This document shows positions 53,571 through 64,000 of a stretch of 64,000 nucleotides of DNA, piece after piece. Within the stretch, counting starts at the first letter, position 1. Each line of letters starts with the position of its first letter. The position numbers and the translations under genes were made by a program. The notes under the pieces are model-generated. The model saw only the letters and a program-made list of their open reading frames with translations. It searched no databases and was not told where the DNA came from. The DNA comes from Octopus bimaculoides. Taxonomy: Eukaryota. The stretch is from contig NC_068989.1 of NCBI RefSeq assembly GCF_001194135.2, positions 52,109,652 to 52,173,651 of the forward strand. The letters are read 5' to 3'.

Positions 53571-55010
53571 GGGCTTCTTTGTTAAGTGTAGTCTTCTTCT
53601 CTTTTGAAGTTATATTTAATTTGAAGAATATGTATCTATAATTCCCAGCTACAAATAGCTATCGTATCTAACATGTTACTTGGCACACCTTTATTTTTGC
53701 GATTAACTTGAGTGGTGTCTAAAATGAAAGAATTGTTTTAATAATTTGGTCTTTCTCTTTGAATTTAGATTTGTAAACATATCTTAGTACCTTATGACCA
53801 TTTCTCTAGTTATATACTATTTAAGTGGTTCATTGCGGTACCTAATTTGCCATTATATGATGGCCGAAACATTCAAAATTGCGTGAATTCAGTTGAGAAT
53901 CGTTACCGACAAAGTCAAGTGGTTCGCGGTAGATTGATGTATAGCTTCGCCAGCACAAGCTCAAGTGACTGACACAAACTGTGGAGCAAATGCCTCGCCG
54001 AGATGCAGTATGGCACAACAATCAGACACTCCTGCTGATTTGACATGTAGAAAGAAGTTGTACTGAAATATTTTTAGCTTTGACCAAAGAAAACTAAATT
54101 GAATGTGTTTTGAATTCGAAAAAAAGAATCAATAACAACCGGTAACTACTTAAACTATATTGCCTATCTACATGATAATCTCTCAATGATAATTTCTCAA
54201 TGTTTTATCAGGTCATAAGTTTGATTGATAAATACTGAGAGAGTTTTCACTTTTCTATAAATCTAATGCTTTTGTGTAATGCTCAACATCACTAGAGCCA
54301 CGTTGTAATCTAAACGACTTTTAATCTGTTTTAGGTGGAACATTTTATTGGTTTGAAATCAATTCACATTACTACTGTTATGAAATAGTGTTTTTCTGAA
54401 TTCGTTGTTTATCTGATGCATTATTATTTTTAACACAGTAACAGTAAAAGCCTCTGTTTTCACTTCAAATATTTTTGATTTAGCTTGACAAATCATATGA
54501 TTGTACTGGCATCTGAGACGAATACCTAATATTGTTAACAGAATATATTTTTCCAATGTCAACTATAAAATAAGAAAAGTATGAAATGAGAAATGTGTTT
54601 AGTTTTTAATGCGTTTTTTTTTCTGTTTACTCTTCCATAAAAATTCGATACCGGGTCAAATCAGAATTTGATATGTCAGTATGATATTTTCATCTGCCTG
54701 TAAAATTTTTAACACGTTATCTTTAATCATACTAACTCTTTCACAACAGAAAATTCGAAATCTATTTCATACAGATTCAATTTAATTTACATATTTTTAT
54801 ATCCTCTATTTCGCACTAAAATTCTATCATCATGCTGATTCATACTCACATACACTCACTTCAATATATATGCACATTATACACCTAGGAAATTTTAAAA
54901 CTCATGATCTCTGAAATTATAAATATATTTGCACTATATTTGCATACTTTATTATTTACAAATGTCAAACTAATACTCACGCAACTGTATCACTGATATA
55001 GTATCGCGTA

Positions 55011-55077
<67 letters not shown>

Positions 55078-55096
55078 ATATATATATATATATATA
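55011..55096. repeat. (TATC)n followed by (TA)n
   Basis: Directly visible. Confidence 0.95.
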
Positions 55097-55325
55097 CTAA
55101 ATTCAAAACAACTAAGAACAAGCAGAAAGAAATACCAACGCGAAGACGTGGTACATGTAAAGTATTAGCAGACACTCAGGAAACAAAAGAAAGGTGGTTT
55201 AACGTTTCGAGCAAAGCTCTTCTTCATAAACAGAGGAAAGTCCAATAGTAAAGGATAACGGAGGAAAAATGTTCGCCAGCGATTCACATATGGTTACATT
55301 TTGCGTAATTCAGATAATACACCCT
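55097..55325 (-). mobile_element. Isolated PLE pseudo-LTR/tail fragment between two microsatellites
   Basis: It carries a minimal hammerhead motif and a pyrimidine-rich tail on the minus strand that runs into (TA)n(GATA)n. Confidence 0.55.
55197..55231 (-). ncRNA. Minimal hammerhead ribozyme-like motif with the C3 position mutated
   Basis: Minus strand: GTTT-aTGAAGA-A-GAGC-TTT-GCTC-GAAA-CGTT-AAAC. Stem I GTTT/AAAC and stem II GAGC/GCTC are perfect, and stem III is the palindromic ACGT. Confidence 0.55.
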
Positions 55326-55384
55326 GTATGTGTGTGTGTGTGTGTGTGTATGTGTGTGTGTGTGTGTCTGTCTGTCTGTGTGTA

Positions 55385-56880
55385 TACACGTTACGGTGAA
55401 TATATCGTCGTCTAAATTACACAAAAATGAAAATGACACTGACATACCATTTTAACATATTGTTACGAACGCCCGCACGCGAAGCACCTCCTTAACCGAA
55501 GAAAGAACTCGCGAGCGCGCGAACGTCGAACGCTCGGTGAGTCGGTACGTTCGCCACGGGCCACCAATAAGCCCCGGCCGGAGCACGCGGCGACGAACAA
55601 CACAGGCAAAAGGAGGGGAGGAAGAAACAACATGGAGACCATAAGTTGGGTAGCGGAAACTAACCCTTTCTTTTTACATCAGACATCAGAATAAAAGATT
55701 ACATCAATACATGGCATAACATTGCGTAAACATAATCAAGGATTTGCAATCATTACATGAACAAGAGTTCGTACATCGAGTCCTTTAAAAGTTCTTTCTT
55801 TTTTTCGTTTTCTTTTCAGTTACACATGTAAAAGTTCTTTCTTTTCTTTCTCTTTCAAGTTAACATCACAGTTAACAGATCTTTTCCTTTATACATCATA
55901 ACGACAAATACATTTTCTTGGAAGAATATTTAGACAAACCTTTGCAGTAATAACTTCCTTTCTTTCACAAACACTATAATCCAAGAGGTAAACAACTGAC
56001 TACTGCTATCTCTTTTGGCTGCCAGAATCCCATCTCTCTGTCCCTCTCTCTCTGAGACTTTATGCATTTCTGCTGACTATAGCTTTCTCTCTGTCAGACT
56101 TATCATTCTTCATCTTCACTTCATCCAACTCGACTGCTACCAACTCCTCGGGAGAACTGTTGTCCCCAACTGCTTCGGCTGACTGCTACCACTCGACTGA
56201 CGCCAAATCCTCCGGCCAACTGCGCCGCTTCAATCCCTGTTCTCGTATTTATCACAAAATACCGTAGCTCAATCGTGCTACCTTACCCCCTCCCAAAGCT
56301 GGGTCAGTTCAGTACGATTCCTATCCTGCCTTTCTGAACTCTCGCTGACCGGAAAGGGGCAGCGATCACTCCCACGCTAAAAATAGCTGTGGTTGTTGAC
56401 AAGACAAAGGAAATGCCATTGTCACCAACAACCAGAATACGGTTTCAAAACCCAGCCTCGGGAGATAGGGATATAACACTAATTGTATTTTCGGTGGTCG
56501 CACCAATATATTTACCAAAATTACATAAAATTATCGTGAAATGCTAAAGAGTAACTTTATCCAGTAAAATCGGCATTCACACCAACCACAGCCTCCAGAT
56601 GTCTTCGGAATCTCCTGCAACTCTTCGGGAGGTTCTCCTTGTTTAAGCTGGTTATTATTATTACTGCCATAAACTTTGCCTTCAGTTCATTTTTGTTGTT
56701 AGAAGGTGTTTTGTTGCTCTCTCGTGCAACTGCACCCCGCACATAACAATCAAGAAGGTTGCAGTCCGGGGTGTTAGTTGGCCAGATGTGATTTTAGTCC
56801 TTGGTTGTTCTGTGTGTTCACCAGGTAGGACTAAGTTATGTGAAGTGCTCATCCTATTCTGGTACGTAATATTAATTGAC
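55385..56880 (-). mobile_element. Internally deleted maT-type mariner, interrupted near its 3' TIR by an LTR-like insertion
   Basis: IWPTNTPDCNLLDCYVRGAVARESNKTP...CRRFRRHLEAVV lies at 56560-56790. A TIR-like tacacgttacggtgaatatatcgtcgtctaaatt lies at 55385-55418. Confidence 0.8.
55461..56505. mobile_element. Probable solo LTR (about 1.05 kb)
   Basis: TG...CA termini, ATAT on both flanks (55457-60 and 56506-09), a CpG-rich left end, short internal repeats and no ORF. It splits the mariner 3' end. Confidence 0.65.
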
Positions 56881-59699
56881 CCTCTCTCGTACATGGGGAT
56901 TTACACCACGTAAACTGAATTGAGAAATACTGGTCTAACATCTAGAAGCTTTCTGGTACAAAGATTTAAATTACATGGAACTGAGTCAAACAGTTATAAA
57001 ATAATGTGTGTGTACACGTGCGTACATGCGTACGTACATGTGTCCATGCGTGCGTATGCACTGAACGAGAGAGATTGAGAGAAAAATATGTATAGTGTAC
57101 TGCTTGTATTTATAAACGAGAAACAACGGCAGAAAAAAAAGAAGATATGACGATGTTAAATAATAGCGTCTTTGTTTCATTTTTTATTGTAATATTAGTG
57201 TTTAAACATGAGCAGTTGATATGATTAAGGAAAATTGTTTTAGTTTGCTTATTTCTAATTTTATGAGAATCTGTATTTTTCTTACGTTCTGAAGCTAACC
57301 TGTTAAGATGTGTCTAGTACAGTTTGGTTGAATACTATGACAGACAAATCGTCATCTCTTAGTTGAATTTTAGTCCTTGGTTGACTTGAAATAGGAAATC
57401 CTATAGAAAAGAGTATTCGATCCATTCCCTTGAGGTATAATTTTCATTGACATTTTACTTATTCAGCTGTTTTACTCTTTTCAGTGGAAGTATACGATTT
57501 ACGGAAGTTTTGTCTGCTTTTGGAAGCAGGTCAAACGACAAGGTAAATGCGCCGAAGATGGCTCAATGGTTGGTTTTTATGGTATCTTTCAAGATGTGAA
57601 TATGAGAGATTAAAAGTATGACATGTGTCAGAGAATATGTACTTCTATATTTGTAAATAATTTTATAAATGGTTATAGTATCCACATTTCTTTCAGTGCA
57701 AGACAAATGATCGGTAATGTCTTGAAACCACATGTTTATATTTATGGTATGTGAGTGTGTTCTTAGCAGAATGACGTCTATGTTAACCTGTCTAATGTAG
57801 CTAACCGCCACGAAATTTTAATTAATTCACTTTTATATGCATCATATTCTTAATGATTTTTCGGCTAATCCGATTGCTCTTACTACGTGTGTTGTACAGG
57901 TCTATGAAGATTGTGAATGAATCCCTTAGCTTTAAATTATGTGCACCTCAAATACGCTACCAAAGCTATTTCACAATACTTTAATTGAGAATGCTGAAAA
58001 TGCCTGAATGTTTATCTCAATTCATACACATATCGATAAAAGTAATAGTCCGTAGTTAGTTTATCTGCTTCATTAATTAGAATCTTTTGTTTTCTATTCG
58101 TGAAGAATAATCGCAAAAGAGGCAATGACTTGTAAAGAAATCAATCAATCATAGGCTTTCCTTTGAAACTTTAATACATTGTATGATAAATACTCATTAT
58201 CATTTTCCAGTGAAACAGTTCCTCATGAATCATTAAAATTTATTAATTTTTCACTACTAGTGTATCTAGCGCATGCTGAGAAAAGTAAAATTTATGAGAC
58301 TTAATTAATAGCAATTAATCAAATGTACAAGTACTATTTAATCCATTATCCTGTATGTTAGTTCATTATATTTGCAATTATCTTCATTTTTCTTAACTTT
58401 CATGACTAAAATATTTGCACTCTCAATTCTAGGTTGCTTTAATATCGCCGAACATAACATTTAATTTACACGAAGCACAGGCTACAACGCTACAACCTAC
58501 GCAATATATCTATGGAAATAGTAGGATGTTTTTGACATGTAGCAATGGACGAATATTGAACAACATAGAAGAAAATGCAATTCACTTCATAGATTAAAGA
58601 AAACTATTTCTACTGCAAACGAGTAACGTAGCCATATGTTCATTGCATATCACCTATCACTATCATATAATCGATCTATGTGTTCAAAACTTGGTTATTT
58701 ATAATATCTTTATCTTTTGTACACTCAGTACTCGTTTCGTGCTTCAGTCACTGCGTTCGCAGAATTCTGCCTAATATATGCGATTTTTTATATTTATTAT
58801 TATCATCACAAACTACGTCTCTTGTGTATGATGATATGTTTGATGATAACAATACCCGTTTGAAACAATTGACTGTTATTATTAACATCGCTATTTTCAA
58901 TCATATATTTAGTTGATTATATCTAAATTTTCTTATTACAAATATATTAGGAAACATCTTCCAGCTCAGATGACAAAGATTATATACTGACAGGAAAATA
59001 TTGAATGCACTAATGCCAAATAAAATTTGCTGTCTATTCTAGATATTTGTTAGAGAGAATTGATTGATATTCGTTACAGAGATTCAATTGAAATTATTGC
59101 TTTCACATTTTGTGCAAAACCGAGAAGCTGAAGCTAGCATAACGTTCTTGTTATGCAATGTAACTCAATAATACCTTCATTATGTAGTAAATATGCATAT
59201 CGGTACTGACCATGGCTAATTATTTCTAATAGTCAAACGTAATTATTCTTTATTTACACACACAACACTAATACTTATTAACTTTAAATCAACTGATAAT
59301 TTGCATGATATTTTTTATGAAGAGATTAGATTCTGTAAAAATACATGCTATATGTTTGAGATAGTCTGTAGCAATATTTACTTCACGATAGACACACATT
59401 TATATGCTAAGTAATGTTATGAGGTAAAGTCCAGGATCGAAGAATATTAGTGATAGCTTGAAACTCTTTTAGAAGGCTACTTTTGAATTATCATACAAGA
59501 TTCTAATTGAATAAACTGATTTGAGGTGTGTGCGTCTGAATTTGGAGACAAGGATAGTCTTAGTGATCTTCATAGCTTTTAGCAGGAGGCGTGATATTCT
59601 AGTTGTTAACTCTGCATTTACAGTGTCTGATACTGAATACGACGGGTAAAAAAATTGAGTGCATTTTCCAGTGCAGCAAGGATTTAGAAGAATATAGAA

Positions 59700-59920
59700 T
59701 TCGAAGAATGCATAAAATTTCCTGGCTTTAAGGCTATTGCAAATTGCGTGGTTGGCGGCCCAACATTTGGAGTTATTTTACAGGGCTTAGAAAACCTGCA
59801 GGACTGCTGCAGTAAGTGTGTGAATCTGAGAGCGGTATATGTTGAATAAAATCATCATCAGGTGATCCTCCTATCTTTTTTTTATACCCAAAGCCAGGTA
59901 ATTTTCAGTACATATTCGTA
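59700..59920 (+). mobile_element. Mariner-derived MITE (about 220 bp)
   Basis: Degenerate TIRs (aaaatttcctggcttta / aaagccaggtaattttcagtacatattcgta) enclose LENLQDCCSKCVNLRAVYVE*. Confidence 0.75.
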
Positions 59921-59924
59921 AAGT

Positions 59925-60650
59925 GGCTAAAATGAGACGAGTGAGTAAGTAGTGCCTGCGTTTGAGTGGTGCAAGACTAGCTAAAATGTAGGGACAGAGG
60001 TCATTGTTGCAAAATAAGAAAAGCGGAGTGGAGAATTGGCACGATATGAAACAGAACGCCAGGTGTGCATCTGTGATGAACTTATTTGGTATCAGTTGTA
60101 TAGCCTTATCTTTCTATCAACTGGAATATAATGTCTGAAGTTACAGCAGCAGTACAACTCCAGATGTGGGGGTATTGCTGCACAACGGTAATCACCCGAA
60201 CGTTCTCAAAAGCCAGAAATTATTGTGGAATAAAGTATTTTCTGCGTCAGAAGCGAAGCACCAGACTTTGCGCTGCATTGCAAGAAATATTTAGGGTTTC
60301 TCCATGTGCGATCACATATGATAGCCAGTGGGCTGTATAGCGTTTAAACAATTTGTAAGGGCGCTAATTTCATGGCGCACTGCTGATTAAGATATGTGAA
60401 GTGTAATTATATTTTGTTAATATGAGTAGTAGTTGTGTCTTTTAGATGTTAGAAGTGGTGTAATGACTGGACCGTATTGGAGAATACATTCACAAACGCC
60501 TGACACGCACTTCATTAAGAATTAACACGAGACGCGTGGATTGCATAATACTGATGCTTGTACAAGTAAGTTTATAATGGCAGGAAGATTGATAATCTAC
60601 CTAAGTGTGGATGCTAATGCATGCTATACCAAATAAGTCATTGTTAAAAT
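59925..60650 (-). mobile_element. Old CR1-group LINE 3' fragment
   Basis: Minus-strand remnants RRKYFIPQ, YPHIWS, KAIQLI and LFLFCNNDLC fit the R.YF.P..L / EY.SHIW / KAI.LI / LF..Y..G.C pattern. Confidence 0.6.
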
Positions 60651-61729
60651 GAATGACGTGTGATGGTCGTGGGCAGATATAACATATTTCATTTTCACTT
60701 TTATAGATTGTAGGTGCCAGGAGAGTTCTATCCGTACCAGTCATTATAGACCAATCTAATTGTATTATTGAATTTTTGATGTCAGTACTATTCAGTAAAT
60801 AATATTGGCTGGACAGAAGTGATGGAGCATACGGAGGAGTTGTGTTTGTGTGTTAGGGGATCGTTTTGAATATATTATGCGGTTAGCATTAAAGTAGTTA
60901 CATGAAAACTATTTACTTACACTTTAAGATTAGCAGAAAATATTCAATCAATTTCTTCAGCACATTAGTAGAATTGAAGCTATTTGTTTTGTATTTTGTA
61001 ATTTCTCTTTAAGTGTGCATGATTCGTTATGAACTAAAACAACTAAAAGCGTCTGGTGTATTAATGACGCATGCAAAACACACATACAGACATTCAAAAC
61101 ATGTTTGTGTATGAGTGTAGATGTATGTGTTTTGAATGTTGGAATGGTACCTTTAGCATTTGCTGATTATTTCGTACACGTGAAAAGACTGGCGTAAAGT
61201 TTATCGAGAAATATGTTACCTTCAGTTTTGGCGTAAAACCATGCTTTCATGTTATATATGGTTGCTACATATGTATGTAAGTATATATGTATCTATGTAT
61301 ATTTATATATGTATGTGTGTGTATGTGTAGTTTAAGTTTATAGAAAAACAAAGACGAAGGCGGGTGTAGGTGTAAGCACAACAAGCAAGTGTATTAGTTT
61401 GACGCTCGGGAAAATAGAAAAGTTTTTTACGTCTCCAACTTACCGAAAGGAAAAAGAGGATATAAATAGAAAGAGAATGAAAGAACATGCTCAGCTCAGT
61501 GGTCCTTCGAGTCAGTTTTCTCTTTCCTGATTTAAAAAAAAACCTAATTTCTCAAGATTGTTACTTATGTAGTGTATTGCAGTTATAAATTACAGTTATA
61601 AACCTGAACTTATAATCCGGTTAGAGTACCCGTAAATTCCTCAATAGTTCAGCATTGAGATTTTCCTCTTTCGCTGATCTCTAATGCATGTTAATATATG
61701 CTGGGCAATTGATTTTTACTACTGTACAA

Positions 61730-61742
61730 GGTATGTATGAAC

Positions 61743-61773
<31 letters not shown>

Positions 61774-61980
61774 TGTACGTATGTATGTATTTACGTATGT
61801 ATGTATGTATATGTGTGTATGTATGTATGTATGTATCTATGCATGCATGCATGTACGTATGTATGTATGTATGTATTTAAGTATGTATCTATGTATATGT
61901 GTGTATGTATATATGTATGTATGTATGTATCTATGCATGCATGCATGCATGCATGTATGTATGTATGTATGTATGTATAA
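61730..61980. repeat. (TATG)n-rich tetranucleotide repeat
   Basis: Directly visible. Confidence 0.9.
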
Positions 61981-62299
61981 AGAATCCGACCTTGCATTTT
62001 AGTCCCTATCAGTGCTCTGATATTAATCATAGATATGGACATTTTCACTCGCAGTGACAGTGGTTAATTTCCTGCCACTCCTTTTTCAGTTGATTTAATG
62101 CATCAGAATATTATAGATGGGTTTATTAATTATACTGAATCTAAATCACATTAAGAATACCTAATTCTGGACAACAGATGAAAAGTTATTGTTTGTTACT
62201 GAAGGGGACATATTGATAATTTCATTGGTCCTATCATTGAATTAACGTTTACCGTTTACTCTAAACATTCATTTGCTGTAGTCATGCTGGATCACAGAC

Positions 62300-62620
62300 T
62301 TGAATGGATTCATTGGTACAGATTGTCACCAATAGTTTAGTCTGGTACTTATTCATATAGGCACTGATGCCGAACTACTATGTTACAGTGTTGTAAACAA
62401 ATTGTCACCGGTTTACAATCGGTGGAGAGGACAAACACAGACAGAAACATACACACACATACAGATATGTGTGAATACACAGTGTTTCCACACAGTTACT
62501 GCCTACCGAATTCACTCATAACTTATTGGTCGACCCCATAGTATACTGGAAGACAACTGCACTTGGTGCAGTGCACCCACGGCTAAGTTGTTGCGAAGCG
62601 AGCCTCTTGAATCAACAACC
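62300..62620 (-). mobile_element. Decayed tRNA-derived SINE
   Basis: The minus strand has a head-like ggttgttgattcaagaggctcgcttcgcaac and then gtcttccagtatactatggggtcgacc. The 62340-62440 part is homologous to 7436-7560. Confidence 0.55.
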
Positions 62621-62764
62621 AACACTAATTTTGTTACACTGCAAAATCTGGCCATCATTTTTTATTGAAGTGCATTTATTTATTTTCTTTGATCAATTCT
62701 TAATGTAGACGATCGTACATGCTATAACCTCAGGTCCATATACATATACAGATATATATGTGTG

Positions 62765-62766
<2 letters not shown>

Positions 62767-62796
<30 letters not shown>

Positions 62797-62872
62797 CTTC
62801 TTCTTCTTCTTCTTCTTCTTCTTCTTCTTCTTCTTCTTCTTCTTCTTCTTCGTCTTCTCTTCCTTCTTCTTT
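62767..62872. repeat. (TTC)n trinucleotide tract
   Basis: Directly visible; it is the source of the poly-E and poly-F ORFs. Confidence 0.95.
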
Positions 62873-64000
62873 TTTTGTTTTGTTTTTCAATTCACTTACT
62901 TCCTAGAAATACCTACTCAATCACCTGAGAAATTTTCCCCCATAGATTTTTGTGCAACACAGTCTAGGATTGTTCCTCTCTCGATAGTATTCAATTGCAT
63001 GTAATTAGAGTGAAACACGATGCTGCATATCTTGCTAATTTTGATGTAATTATTGCCTGCATCTTAGCATACTACAATCATGAAGCACAAAAGTCTAAAC
63101 AAAGCCACCTGAACAACATATTACCTTTGTATTATCTTAATAATAATATAAATACTGTCTTCTGTGGAATGATCTGTTGGTGTTTGCACGATTGTATGTA
63201 CGCTCATGCTCTGTTGGTATTCTCTTGAATGTTGTTTCTTCTGATTTAACATAGGTTTTATCCCATCTTACGTTATAAATATTTGGCGATGTTATAAATT
63301 ATTCCTGGCCTTTCGCCGTGTACATATTCTCTACTACATGCCAAATTCTTCAAACATCCCCTGACATTCAGTTAAGACCATCATATATTTTAGTTCGAAA
63401 TTTTATAGCGACGGCTTGAGACATCCACCCAGAATCTTGCTCCTCGATCTTCTGACCTTTTCTGCTTCAATATTTTGTCTTACCCAAACAACTTCCGTTA
63501 AATGTTACGCCGATTTGTTGACTAGCATGTTTTCGAGAGAAAGGTCAATAGTGTTGATTTCTTCTGCTAAAGAATGTCTGCATTAATGATGAATTTGTTA
63601 TCTCCTGCCAAAGCAATCCATTAAGTAAAGAATCAAAATTCAAATCTGTCGCAGATAGTATGACTAGCAAATAGAAATTTAAAATAGGTATGGATTTTGA
63701 AATGATATTAGTTTTATAGCCATTTTCAAAAATACGCGGGGTGATACAGATTATTCACGTGTGCCCTAGCTGCCTATAACGATTGGTGCGTTCTACGGAT
63801 GAATTTTTGAAGGAAATAACAGGAAAATTAACATTACTTTAAAAATACACACTAATACAAGCAGAAACTCATTGAAAAATTTAGTGATATTTATCCCTAA
63901 AACCTAGACTACTGATTTAAGCAGTGGTATTGAACAACGCTATAAATACATGAGTAGATGCTTACAAACATATCCTACTTATATATATATATATATATAT

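Noticed and set aside
53841-53875. GCCA/TGGC hairpin followed by CGAAAC
   Set aside because: The CTGANGA strand is absent (cctaattt) and no stem I or III can be formed.
45560-57542. Insulin-like CC...LCGS peptide from joining candidate exons 45500-45608 and 57485-57542
   Set aside because: The cysteine spacing does not fit insulin A or B chains, and the splice itself is hypothetical.
1975-63004. Dozens of ORFs made of HT, CV, YI, ER, poly-K, poly-E, poly-F or X runs
   Set aside because: They are translations of microsatellites and N-gaps, not genes.
1-64000. CRISPR array, rRNA or prokaryotic operon
   Set aside because: There is no repeat-spacer periodicity, no rRNA-like sequence and no dense coding. 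The DNA is eukaryotic and repeat-rich.

Overview
AT-rich eukaryotic DNA, dense in microsatellites, with 15 N-gaps that each sit in a dinucleotide repeat. The SINE and transposon families resemble those I recall from octopus assemblies, so a coleoid cephalopod origin is an inference, not a lookup. I recognise no host protein-coding gene, rRNA, true tRNA or CRISPR array; the window reads as intronic or intergenic and full of decayed transposons. These include a hAT transposase end (1-600), three to four Penelope-like element (PLE) remnants, an internally deleted Helitron, three CR1-type and one RTE-type LINE fragments, several Tc1/mariner and maT copies and MITEs, tRNA-derived SINEs, and a probable solo LTR nested in a mariner. 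The most notable structures are: (i) a 1.4-kb internally deleted PLE (7611-9033) that keeps inverted and direct pseudo-LTRs and a recognisable hammerhead ribozyme fold; (ii) a second minimal hammerhead at 55197-55231; (iii) a roughly 4.3-kb inverted-repeat structure (16250-20555) just downstream of a PLE RT/GIY-YIG ORF. These fit known PLE biology. I found no convincing wholly new system. All translations and alignments were done by eye, and most boundaries are approximate.
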